Origin: an uncultured bacterium
GTDB lineage: Bacteria > Bacteroidota > Bacteroidia > Bacteroidales > Bacteroidaceae
DNA length: 64,000 nucleotides
Reading direction: 5' to 3'
NCBI GenBank assembly: GCA_945867195.1
Contig: CAMBHR010000003.1
Location: 3,958-67,957, forward strand
Part shown: positions 1-9,092 of the stretch, piece after piece
Layout: each line of letters opens with the position of its first letter
Position numbering within the stretch: position 1 is the first letter of the stretch
Notes under the pieces: generated by a model
The model's database searches: none
What the model saw: the letters and a program-made list of their open reading frames with translations, nothing else
What the model was told of the DNA's origin: nothing
Translations under genes and position numbers: made by a program

Positions 1-5
1 ACCTG

Positions 6-980
6 GTGCTCAAGGTAATCAACAGCAACCACAGCATCCCTGTCATAGTCACGGGTGCCGACGGACAGGTGCTGGCCATGCGCAACCTCACTCCGCCACC
101 GGCCGGTGCAGACTCGTTGCAGACTCTCCAAAAGGCCCTCCACCAGATGCAGGAGCAGGGGCACCGGATGCGAATGGACCTTGACACGCCGCAGCAGTCT
201 GCCGGGCGGCCTGACTACATCATGGTTTACTATACCGAGTCCATCATGTTGCGCCGTCTCACGGTTTATCCTTATGTGCAGCTGGGCTTGGTGGGCTTGG
301 TGGTCCTTGCCGCCATTATCGCCCTGCTTGCGTCTAAAAAGGCGGAGCAGAACCGAGTGTGGGTGGGACTGTCGCGCGAAACGGCTCATCAGCTGGGAAC
401 GCCCATTTCCGCCCTGATGGCGTGGAGCGAAGTGCTGCGTGACACCTATCCCGACGATGCCCTCCTGCCGGAAATGGACAAGGATGTCAGGCGGTTGCAG
501 CTCATCGCCGAGCGGTTTTCCAAAATCGGTTCGGCTCCCGAGCTGGAAACACAGGATCTTTGTCCCCTTTTGCGGGCCGTGGCCGATTATATGCGTCCCC
601 GCATCTCGCAGAAAGTAAGCCTTACCGTTGACCTGCCGCCCCATCCGCTGCCTGCACGTGTTTGTGCTCCGCTCTTTGAGTGGGTGGTGGAGAACCTTTG
701 CAAGAACGCAGTCGATGCCATGCAGGGAACGGGTAGCATCACCCTTACCGCCAAGGCGCAGGCCCGGGGTGCCAGCATTTTCGTGGCCGATACAGGCCGG
801 GGCATTCCACGAAGCCGTTTCAAAACGGTTTTCAAGCCGGGCTTCACTACAAAAAAACGCGGCTGGGGGCTCGGGCTCTCTCTGGCCAAGCGCATCGTTC
901 ATGATTACCATCACGGCCACATATTCGTGAAAGAAAGCATTGTGGGAAAGGGAACTACCTTTGAAATTGATTTTTTCTGA
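6..980 (+). CDS. Sensor histidine kinase (probably 5'-truncated by the window edge)
   Basis: TM helix, then H-box ETAHQLGTP, N-box VENLCKNAVDA, G1 DTGRG, F-box FKPGFTTK, G2 GWGLGL. Confidence 0.9.
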   Translation: MLKVINSNHSIPVIVTGADGQVLAMRNLTPPPAGADSLQTLQKALHQMQEQGHRMRMDLDTPQQSAGRPDYIMVYYTESIMLRRLTVYPYVQLGLVGLVVLAAIIALLASKKAEQNRVWVGLSRETAHQLGTPISALMAWSEVLRDTYPDDALLPEMDKDVRRLQLIAERFSKIGSAPELETQDLCPLLRAVADYMRPRISQKVSLTVDLPPHPLPARVCAPLFEWVVENLCKNAVDAMQGTGSITLTAKAQARGASIFVADTGRGIPRSRFKTVFKPGFTTKKRGWGLGLSLAKRIVHDYHHGHIFVKESIVGKGTTFEIDFF

Positions 981-1121
981 ACATTATTTTGGTAAATACA
1001 AATTATAAACTAAATTTCGCCCCGATTATTGCGCTGGGCATAGGGTGCGACCTCAGCGCACAGCCTCTTGAGACGCAATAATCGGGACGCATTTTTACAA
1101 CCTTTAATCGCTTTAGTTTCC

Positions 1122-3281
1122 ATGAAAGTCTACAATTCTCACGAAATCAAGAACATTGCACTTCTCGGTAACGATGGCTCGGGTAAGACCACACTGACCG
1201 AAGCCTTGCTTTTTGAGTGTGGTCAAATCAAACGGCGCGGACGCATCACCGCAAAGAACACCGTGTCAGACTATTTCCCCGTGGAGCAGGATTACGGCTA
1301 CTCTGTCTTCTCCACCGTCTTCCATACGGAGTGGGCCGGCAAGAAACTCAACATCATCGACTGCCCGGGCTCGGACGACTTCGTTGGTGCAGCACTCACC
1401 GCCCTTAACGTAACCGATACCGCCCTGTTGCTCATCAACGGCAACTTCGGTCCTGAAGTCGGCACACAGAACCATTTCCGCTACACCGAGAAACTCAGCA
1501 AACCCGTCATCTTCCTCGTCAACCAACTCGACAGTGAGAACACCGACTATGACCAGGTGGTAGAAAACCTCCAAGGCATTTATGGAAACAAAGTGGTGCC
1601 CGTACAGTATCCCATACAGACCGGACCGGACTTCCATGAACTTATTGACGTTATCCTCATGAAGAAACTCACCTGGAAGCCTGAGGGCGGTGAGCCGACA
1701 TTGGAGGATATTCCCGAAGCAGAAAAGGAGCGCGCCGAGGCCATGCATCGTGCGCTCGTAGAGGCTGCAGCAGAAAACGATGAAGGACTGATGGAGAAAT
1801 TCTTTGAAACAGAACAGCTCACCGAAGACGAAATGCGCGAAGGCATCCGCAAGGGTATGGTTACGCGCAGCATCTTCCCCGTGTTCTGCGTTTGCGCTTC
1901 CAAGAATATGGGTGTGGGACGCTTGATGGAATTCCTCGGCAACGTAGTACCCTTTGTCGATGAAATGCCTCCCGTTCACAACACGCGTGGTCAGGAAGTC
2001 AAGCTTGACCCCGAAGGCCCCACTTCCATCTACTTTTTCAAGACTGGTGTAGAACCCCATATCGGCGAGGTGCAGTACTTCAAGGTAATGAGCGGTACGG
2101 TACACGAGGGCGACGACCTCAATAATTCAGACCGTGGCTCCAAGGAGCGTATGGCACAGCTCTTCGTATGTTCCGGTGCCAACCGCGAGAAGGTGGAACA
2201 GCTCTCTGCAGGCGACATCGGCTGCACCGTCAAGCTCAAAGACGTGCGCACCGGAAACACCCTCAACGCCAAGGACTGCGAAAACCGCTTCAACTTCATC
2301 AAATACCCCAACCCCAAGTTCACCCGTGCCATCCGTGCCCTCAACGAAGCTGACACAGAGAAGATGATGGCTGCCCTCAGCCGGATGCGTCAGGAAGACC
2401 CCACGTGGCAAGTGGAGCAGAGCAAAGAACTGCGTCAAATCCTTGTTCACGGACAAGGAGAGTTCCACCTCCGCACCCTCAAGTGGCGTTTGGAGAACCT
2501 TGACAAGATTCCTGTGGAGTTCTATCCCCAGCGCATTCCTTACCGAGAAACTATCACTCGTATGGCACGTGCCGACTATCGTCACAAAAAGCAGAGCGGT
2601 GGTGCAGGCCAGTTCGGTGAGGTTCATCTCATTGTTGAGCCTTACAGCGAAGGAATGCCTGATCCCACTGTTTATAAGGTAGGAAACCAGGAAATCCGCG
2701 TGGCCATCAAGGGTAAGGAAGAGATTCCCTTGGAATGGGGCGGCAAGCTCGTATTCATCAACTCCGTTGTGGGTGGTGCCATTGACGCACGCTTCATGCC
2801 CGCCATTCTGAAAGGTGTAATGAGCCGCATGGAGCAGGGACCGCTCACCGGAAGCTACGCCCGTGATGTCCGTGTGGTTGTTTACGACGGCAAGATGCAC
2901 CCCGTTGACTCAAACGAACTCTCCTTCATGCTTGCAGGCCGCAATGCCTTCAGCCAAGCCTTCAAGGAAGCAGGTCCGAAAATCCTCGAGCCGATTTATG
3001 ATGTTGAGGTGTTCGTGCCCGCCGATAAGTTGGGCGATGTGATGAGCGACCTTCAGGGTCGTCGTGGCATGATTATCGGCATGAGCAGCGAGAACGGTTA
3101 CGAAAAGCTTCAGGCCAAGGTGCCCCTCAACGAAATGTCGTCCTACGCCACCACGCTCAGCTCCCTCACTGGCGGCCGCGCCTCGTTTATCATGAAGTTC
3201 GCCAGCTACGAACTCGTACCCGGCGACCTGCAGACCAAGCTTGTGCAGCAACACGAGCAAGAATTGTCTGAAGAAAAGTAA
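1122..3281 (+). CDS. fusA2: Elongation factor G paralog (EF-G2 type)
   Basis: EF-G domain order with YRETI and HKKQSGGAGQFG; G1 is GNDGSGKT, switch II is DCPGSDDF; domain IV insertion; start taken at ATG 1122 (MKVYNSHEIKN). Confidence 0.9.
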   Translation: MKVYNSHEIKNIALLGNDGSGKTTLTEALLFECGQIKRRGRITAKNTVSDYFPVEQDYGYSVFSTVFHTEWAGKKLNIIDCPGSDDFVGAALTALNVTDTALLLINGNFGPEVGTQNHFRYTEKLSKPVIFLVNQLDSENTDYDQVVENLQGIYGNKVVPVQYPIQTGPDFHELIDVILMKKLTWKPEGGEPTLEDIPEAEKERAEAMHRALVEAAAENDEGLMEKFFETEQLTEDEMREGIRKGMVTRSIFPVFCVCASKNMGVGRLMEFLGNVVPFVDEMPPVHNTRGQEVKLDPEGPTSIYFFKTGVEPHIGEVQYFKVMSGTVHEGDDLNNSDRGSKERMAQLFVCSGANREKVEQLSAGDIGCTVKLKDVRTGNTLNAKDCENRFNFIKYPNPKFTRAIRALNEADTEKMMAALSRMRQEDPTWQVEQSKELRQILVHGQGEFHLRTLKWRLENLDKIPVEFYPQRIPYRETITRMARADYRHKKQSGGAGQFGEVHLIVEPYSEGMPDPTVYKVGNQEIRVAIKGKEEIPLEWGGKLVFINSVVGGAIDARFMPAILKGVMSRMEQGPLTGSYARDVRVVVYDGKMHPVDSNELSFMLAGRNAFSQAFKEAGPKILEPIYDVEVFVPADKLGDVMSDLQGRRGMIIGMSSENGYEKLQAKVPLNEMSSYATTLSSLTGGRASFIMKFASYELVPGDLQTKLVQQHEQELSEEK

Positions 3282-3361
3282 CGCAAAGCCATTCTCTCTG
3301 TCCCTACTATCTGCTGCAAGGATGTGCAGACTGTAGCGTTGAACAGATTCAATAAGGATTT

Positions 3362-3405
3362 TGCCGAGTCGAACAGGTTGTATAATCTGTCGGCTCGGCA
3401 TTTTT
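3362..3405 (+). terminator. Intrinsic terminator after fusA2
   Basis: tgccgagtcga...tcggctcggca stem followed by ttttt. Confidence 0.7.
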
Positions 3406-3492
3406 GTGTGGGCTACTGGCAACCCTGCTTTGCATAACCTTGCGTGGAAAGGAAAAAATCATTGCTTTTCATCTTTTTGTCATCAAAAAACG

Positions 3493-3523
3493 TGTGTGCA
3501 GTTCTTTTTTAACTCTAATTTTG
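3493..3523 (+). promoter_or_regulatory. Bacteroidetes sigmaA promoter for the small-ORF transcript
   Basis: TGTG (3493-3496), 19-nt spacer, TAATTTTG (3516-3523). Confidence 0.55.
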
Positions 3524-3661
3524 CCTCTGTAAAGGAAACAGTGAAGTCCCTGTGCCGAGCACTTCCCAACTTCACAACTCGACGAAGCAACACAATAATT
3601 TATCAGGATAATAGACTTGCCCTTCGAAAGGCGAGGGGCGTAATTAAGACGAAGACTAAAC

Positions 3662-3820
3662 ATGGAAAAGAACAAGAACATCGTCATGCTCCGCTATCGT
3701 ATAGACCGATACAGAGCCATGGGTAACGGCGCGATGTGCCAAGCCCTGGAAAGAGAATTGAACCGTTTGACAACGTCTGCGAAAAACCAAGGAAGTACAT
3801 CTTCTTATTCGGAAATGTAA
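3662..3820 (+). CDS. 52-aa small hypothetical protein (not in ORF track)
   Basis: Hand translation MEKNKNIVMLRYRIDRYRAMGNGAMCQALERELNRLTTSAKNQGSTSSYSEM; A-rich start context, upstream promoter, downstream terminator. Confidence 0.6.
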   Translation: MEKNKNIVMLRYRIDRYRAMGNGAMCQALERELNRLTTSAKNQGSTSSYSEM

Positions 3821-3841
3821 TTCCTGATGCAAGAATATCAT

Positions 3842-3886
3842 AGCCCGGAGCGCGGTATTTCGGTATCGCACCCCGGGCTTTATTGT
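3842..3886 (+). terminator. Terminator after the 52-aa ORF
   Basis: agcccgg...gcggtat-ttcg-gtatcgc...ccgggct hairpin followed by ttattgt. Confidence 0.65.
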
Positions 3887-4004
3887 GCTTTCACGTCAGG
3901 TTCTGCTCAACATACATTTCTGGTCAGTACATTTTCGCTTGTCTTCCGTAGCCGCATTTTTATGAATAGGCATTTAAGTGATGAGCGAGGTGTGATAACC
4001 AGAA

Positions 4005-4062
4005 GAACAAAACGAGAGAATTCTCTCCGCCGTGTGGCAGTGGGAATTCTCTCTTGTTTTTT
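4005..4062. terminator. Likely bidirectional terminator downstream of rpsP
   Basis: aaacgagagaattctc / gggaattctctcttgttt stem with T-rich tails on both strands. Confidence 0.65.
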
Positions 4063-4099
4063 GATTGCCGTTACTCCAAAGAAAGTGGAGTGCAGTTTG

Positions 4100-4651
4100 T
4101 TATGCTTCGGCGGGAGCCTCAGCTTCAGCTTCGGCAGCAGCGGCTGCTTCAGCCTGAGCGGCAGCTTCAGCTTCAGCCTTGGCTGCAGCAGCGGCGGCCT
4201 TCTTTTCGGCTACCTTCTCAGCAATCTTTTCGTTTACTTTCTTCTCGGCCTCCAAGCGAGCCTCGGCAGCGGCCTTCTTGTCAGCGGCCTTCTGGTTGGC
4301 AGCGGCAGTAGCCTTGTTGCTCTTTTCCAGCTTCCAAGCTTCAAACTTGGCCTGAGCAGCAGCTTCGTCGAAAGCTCCCTTGCGCACGCCACCCTTGAGG
4401 TGCTTCATCAGCATGACACCTTCACGCGAAAGGATGTTGCGTACGGTATCGGTAGGCTGTGCGCCGGTTTCCAGCCAATAAAGTGCCCGGTCGAAATTCA
4501 AATCTACTGTGGCGGGATTGGTGTTGGGGTTGTAAGTACCAATCTTTTCAGTAAACTTACCATCACGTGGTGCTCTTGCGTCGGCGATAACGATGCTGTA
4601 GAAAGCGTAACCCTTACGGCCATGACGCTGCAATCTGATCTTAGTTGCCAT
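4100..4651 (-). CDS. rpsP: 30S ribosomal protein S16 with Ala/Lys/Glu-rich C-terminal extension
   Basis: [33 protein letters not shown]; GAQPTDTV. Confidence 0.97.
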   Translation of the reverse strand: MATKIRLQRHGRKGYAFYSIVIADARAPRDGKFTEKIGTYNPNTNPATVDLNFDRALYWLETGAQPTDTVRNILSREGVMLMKHLKGGVRKGAFDEAAAQAKFEAWKLEKSNKATAAANQKAADKKAAAEARLEAEKKVNEKIAEKVAEKKAAAAAAKAEAEAAAQAEAAAAAEAEAEAPAEA

Positions 4652-4709
4652 TTTGTTGTTTAAGTTTTAAAATAGGTTTGAATTATGCCGCTATCTCGTA
4701 ACGGCGGCG

Positions 4710-4717
4710 CAAAATTA
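4710..4717 (-). promoter_or_regulatory. -7 box for rpsP
   Basis: TAATTTTG on minus strand. Confidence 0.55.
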
Positions 4718-4767
4718 CGTTTTTTATTTGTTCTGGCAAGTTTCGATTGCCCTTTTTCTGCTGATTT

Positions 4768-6744
4768 TTACTGCTTTACCTGCATGGATGCTTTCACGAG
4801 GTAGCCAATCAGCAGCAGGTACATGCCCAGCGAGAGCCATTCGGCAGGTGCTGAGGCCAGCCATTCGGCATTGGCAAAGTTCAGCCCGCAAAATTGCATG
4901 GCAGCACTGACCACACCCATCAAGGCACCTCCGGCAATGAAGCCGGAAGCGAGCAGCGTGCCCTTCTCGTTGCGCAGGCTGTTCAGCTTGGCATCGGTGG
5001 AGCGGCTGTTGACATACCAGTTGACGGCACCGCCCACGATGAGGGGCAGGTTGAGTTGCAGAGGGATGAACATACCCAGTGCAAAGGCCAGTGCCGAGAT
5101 GCCGCAGGCGTTGAGCACCAAAGCAATGAGGGCACCGATGCCGTAGAGCAGCCAGGGCGCGCCCTGACCCGACATGAGCGGTTCAATCACCGCAGCCATG
5201 GCGCGGGCCTGCGGGGCGGCCATCACGTCAGAGTTGTCGGGCGTGAAGCCGTAGGCCTTGTTCAAAATCATGATGACACCGCCCACAGTGGCTGCGCTGA
5301 CCAGGATGCCCAGGAACTTGAATGTTTCCTGGTGCTTGGGCGTGCTGCCCAGCCAGTAGCCGATTTTCAGGTCAGTGATGAAAGCACCGGCACTGGAGAG
5401 GGCGGTGCAGACAACGCCACCCATGACGAGGGCAGCCACCATGCCGCCGGTTCCCTTCAGACCCACCAGCACCATGATGATGGACGAAAGGATGAGCGTC
5501 ATGAGCGTCATGCCACTGACTGGGTTACTGCCCACGATGGCAATGGCATTGGCGGCCACCGTGGTAAAAAGGAAGGCGATAACGGCCACAATGAGAATGC
5601 CCACGATGGTGAACAGCAAGTTGCCTCCCATCACGTCGAAGTAGAAGAAGAGAGCCGTGATGACGATGGTGAGCAATGAGCCCACAGCAATGATTTTCAT
5701 GGACAGGTCGCGCTGGGTACGTGCCACCTGTTCAGGTACGGAACCTCCTTTGAATATTTTGCCTACGAGCGTGAAGGCACTGCGGATGACGCTCCAGCTC
5801 TTCACCACACCGATAATGCCGGCCATGGCGATGCCGCCGATGCCGATGCTCTTGGCATAGCTGAAGAGTTGTTCGGGCGAAGCCTCGGCAGCCGTCAGGG
5901 CAGGAGCACCGTTTGCGGCAATGTTCATGTCGGGGAAGATGAGCGCGATGCCGGGCACTATGACCCACCACACGGCCACAGAGCCGAAGCAGATGATGGC
6001 GGCGTATTTCAGGCCGACGATGTAGCCCATACCCAGCAGTGCAGCACTCGTGTTGCAGTTGAACACCAGTTTGGTCTTGTCGGCAAACGCTGCGCCCATT
6101 TCCGTCACGCGGCTGGTGAAGTTTTCCGTCCATGCGCCGAAAGTGGCCACCACAAAGTCATAGAGGCCGCCCAGCAGTCCGGCCACCAAGAGCGGTTTGG
6201 CCTGCGACCCGCTCTTCTCGCCCGAAATGAGCACCTGCGTCGAAGCGGTGGCTTCGGGGAAGGGGTATTTGCCGTGCATATCCTTCACAAAATATTTGCG
6301 GAAGGGGATGAGGAACAAGATGCCCAGTGCGCCGCCGAGCAGCGAAGCCAGGAACACCTGCACGAAGTTGACGGTGAGTTCGGGATACTTGTGTTGCAGG
6401 ATGTAGAGGGCGGGCAGGGTGAAGATGGCACCGGCCACAATCATGCCGGAGCACGCACCGATGCTCTGGATAATCACGTTTTCGCCGAGTGGGTCCTTGC
6501 GGAGGAAGCCACCGCTTAGGCCCACGGCTATGATGGTGATGGGAATGGCCGCTTCAAACACTTGGCCCACTTTCAAGCCGAGATAGGCCGTGGCCGCTGA
6601 GAAGATAACAGCCATGAGGATGCCCCAGGTGATGGACCACGGGGTCACCTCGCGATAGCTCTTGCCCGGTTTCATCAGGGGCTCGTACTCTTCGCCTTCA
6701 CGGAGTTCGCGAAAGGCGTTTTCGGGGAGGGAAGTTTCCTTCAT
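4768..6744 (-). CDS. OPT family oligopeptide transporter
   Basis: Many TM helices; YLGLKVG, FPEATA, SNPVSGM, DLKIGYWLGSTP motifs. Confidence 0.9.
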   Translation of the reverse strand: MKETSLPENAFRELREGEEYEPLMKPGKSYREVTPWSITWGILMAVIFSAATAYLGLKVGQVFEAAIPITIIAVGLSGGFLRKDPLGENVIIQSIGACSGMIVAGAIFTLPALYILQHKYPELTVNFVQVFLASLLGGALGILFLIPFRKYFVKDMHGKYPFPEATASTQVLISGEKSGSQAKPLLVAGLLGGLYDFVVATFGAWTENFTSRVTEMGAAFADKTKLVFNCNTSAALLGMGYIVGLKYAAIICFGSVAVWWVIVPGIALIFPDMNIAANGAPALTAAEASPEQLFSYAKSIGIGGIAMAGIIGVVKSWSVIRSAFTLVGKIFKGGSVPEQVARTQRDLSMKIIAVGSLLTIVITALFFYFDVMGGNLLFTIVGILIVAVIAFLFTTVAANAIAIVGSNPVSGMTLMTLILSSIIMVLVGLKGTGGMVAALVMGGVVCTALSSAGAFITDLKIGYWLGSTPKHQETFKFLGILVSAATVGGVIMILNKAYGFTPDNSDVMAAPQARAMAAVIEPLMSGQGAPWLLYGIGALIALVLNACGISALAFALGMFIPLQLNLPLIVGGAVNWYVNSRSTDAKLNSLRNEKGTLLASGFIAGGALMGVVSAAMQFCGLNFANAEWLASAPAEWLSLGMYLLLIGYLVKASMQVKQ

Positions 6745-6811
6745 AGTTGAAAGTCTTGAGGTTGAGTAGTTGATAGATTCTAAAAGGCGAATTTATTTGC
6801 CTTACACGGTC

Positions 6812-8839
6812 TTACCACACATCGACGCGCTCTTTCTGGGGAACGTAGAGCGGGTCCTTCTTGCTGATGTTGAAAGCCTTGTACCACGCTTCGATATGGG
6901 GCAGGGCACCGTTGACACGCCATTGTGCCGGAGAGTGCGGGTCAGTCTTGACCTGTTGCCGCAACTTTTCCTCGCGGATATTGTTGGCCCATATCAGGCC
7001 GTAGCTGAGGAAAAATCGCTGTTCGGGCGTGAAGCCGTCCTTGGAGGGCAGCGGATGTGACTTCATGGCATTTTGCAGTGACTGGAAGGCAATGTTCAGT
7101 CCGCCGTGGTCCGCAATGTTCTCTCCCAGGGTGAGCTGTCCGTTGGCGTTCAGGCCGGGCAGCACCTCCACGTGGTCAAAGAAGCGGCGCATCACCTCTG
7201 TGCGTTTCTTGAAGTTCTCCTTGTCGGCATCCGTCCACCAGTTCTTCAGGTTGCCGTCCTTGTCAAACTGCGAACCCTGGTCGTCGAAGCCGTGCGTCAT
7301 TTCGTGGCCGATCACCACGCCGATAGCCCCGTAGTTGCAAGCATCGTCAGCCTCGGCGTTGAAGAATGGCGGCTGCAAGATGCCGGCCGGGAAGCAGATT
7401 TCGTTGGTAGTCGGGTTGTAGTAGGCATTGATGGTCTGCGGTTTCATCAGCCATTCCGTGCGGTCGGTGCGTTTGTTCACGCGCTTGTCGATGTAGTAGT
7501 GGCTCATGAACTGCGTGGCGCGCACCATGTTCTCGTAATAGCTCAGCGATTCGTCAATGTCCAGTCCGCCGTAGTCCATCCATTGGTCGGGATAGCCAAT
7601 TTTCACATAGAAGGCATCCAGCTTTTCGTTGGCCTTGCGCTTGGTCTCCTCGCTCATCCAGGTTTGTTGCGCGATGCGTTCGCGTAGAGCCTGTTGCAGG
7701 TTCTTCACCAACTCCTCCATGCGTTTCTTGGACGATTCGGGGAAGTACTTCTCCACATACATCTTGCCGACCGCCATGCCCAGTGCCCCTTCGACCGAGC
7801 TGATGGCACGTTTCCAGCGCGGGCGGTCCTGTTCCGTTCCGGTCATGGTCCGGTTGTAAAAGTTGAAAGCCTCGGTGCGGAAACGGTCGCTCAGCGAGCT
7901 GGCCGCGTCGTCCACCACCTTATAATATAAGTATGCCTTCAGTTCCTCCAGCGAGCATTCCGCCAGCACCTTTTCCACTTCGTGGATAGGCTCCGGCTGG
8001 TTCACCGAAACGTGTTCCACCGCCGGAATGCCACTGAGCAGGAACAACGTGCTCCAGTCAATTCCGGGGAAGTCGGCCAGCAGTTGCCGGTAACTCATTT
8101 TGTGGTAGTTCTTCTCCACATCGCGTTGTTCTGTGGCACTGTACGATGCCCGGGCAATGCGTGTTTCGATGTTCATCACCGCCTCCATGCCCTTTTCGGC
8201 TTCGGCGGAACTTTTGCCTGTCATTTCAAACAAGTGCTTCACATACTGGCGGTAAGCTTCGCGGATGCGTCGGGTAGGCTCATCGTCGGCCAGGTAGTAG
8301 TCGCGTTCGCCCATCGAAATGCCGCCTTGGCTGATCTGCATCAAGTTCCACTCGGAGTCTTTCAGGTCGGCATCGCACCACAGGCCGAAAAAGCAACCGA
8401 TGCCGCGTGAGAAGAGGCGCGCCGTTGCATAGGAAATTTCCGCTTTGCTGCCGATGGCTTCGATTTCGTCCAGGGCAGGCTGGATGGGGGCGAAATCCTC
8501 CCGGTTGCGCCGCACGCTGTCCATGGCCAGCCGGTAGAGCGAGCCGATTTTCTGTTCGAGTGAGCCTTGCGGATACTGTTTGGAGGCGATGCCTTCAATC
8601 AGTTCGCGCAGCTGCTTGCGGTTGTTTTCGGCCAGTGCCTCAAACTGCGAATAGCGTGCATACTCTGCGGTGAGGGGATGTGCATCGCTCCAGCCTCCGG
8701 TGGCGTAACGGTAAAAGTCCGTTCCCGGCTTGGCAGTCAGGTCCATGTTAGCCTTGTCCAAGCCCGAGGCAAGGGGCTGCTGCGCCAGCGTTGTGCCGGC
8801 AAACATGGCCAAGGTCGGTAGGAATGTTTTGATGTTCAT
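6812..8839 (-). CDS. pepO: M13 family metallo-endopeptidase (PepO-like) with signal peptide
   Basis: NAYY, HEMTH, GENIAD, DPHSP motifs. Confidence 0.92.
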   Translation of the reverse strand: MNIKTFLPTLAMFAGTTLAQQPLASGLDKANMDLTAKPGTDFYRYATGGWSDAHPLTAEYARYSQFEALAENNRKQLRELIEGIASKQYPQGSLEQKIGSLYRLAMDSVRRNREDFAPIQPALDEIEAIGSKAEISYATARLFSRGIGCFFGLWCDADLKDSEWNLMQISQGGISMGERDYYLADDEPTRRIREAYRQYVKHLFEMTGKSSAEAEKGMEAVMNIETRIARASYSATEQRDVEKNYHKMSYRQLLADFPGIDWSTLFLLSGIPAVEHVSVNQPEPIHEVEKVLAECSLEELKAYLYYKVVDDAASSLSDRFRTEAFNFYNRTMTGTEQDRPRWKRAISSVEGALGMAVGKMYVEKYFPESSKKRMEELVKNLQQALRERIAQQTWMSEETKRKANEKLDAFYVKIGYPDQWMDYGGLDIDESLSYYENMVRATQFMSHYYIDKRVNKRTDRTEWLMKPQTINAYYNPTTNEICFPAGILQPPFFNAEADDACNYGAIGVVIGHEMTHGFDDQGSQFDKDGNLKNWWTDADKENFKKRTEVMRRFFDHVEVLPGLNANGQLTLGENIADHGGLNIAFQSLQNAMKSHPLPSKDGFTPEQRFFLSYGLIWANNIREEKLRQQVKTDPHSPAQWRVNGALPHIEAWYKAFNISKKDPLYVPQKERVDVW

Positions 8840-9092
8840 GAATAGAATGATGGAGTTATCTGAGATGAATGATTACTTTGATGAAGTGAGTCATGGGATT
8901 TCCGGATAGAACAAAGGAGCAGGCTGGGGATTTAAGCATGATTACAGATTGTGCTGATTTAACTGAAAATGCAAATCAGGAGCCTCAGAAAAATCTGTTA
9001 CCAAAGGAATAAGATTGCTGATGAAGCCGATAACAGAAGTGAAGCTTGCACCGCAAACGGATGTCCTGCGCTGCTTCAATGATCAATGTCCG

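Noticed and set aside
4100-4330. Low-complexity Ala/Glu/Lys repeats in the S16 tail
   Set aside because: C-terminal S16 extensions are normal in Bacteroidetes
3827-4663. 278-aa plus-strand ORF opposite rpsP, and the many other long antisense ORFs in the track (e.g. 11046-12689, 60848-63493)
   Set aside because: They are shadows of well-supported genes on the other strand and carry no recognisable motifs
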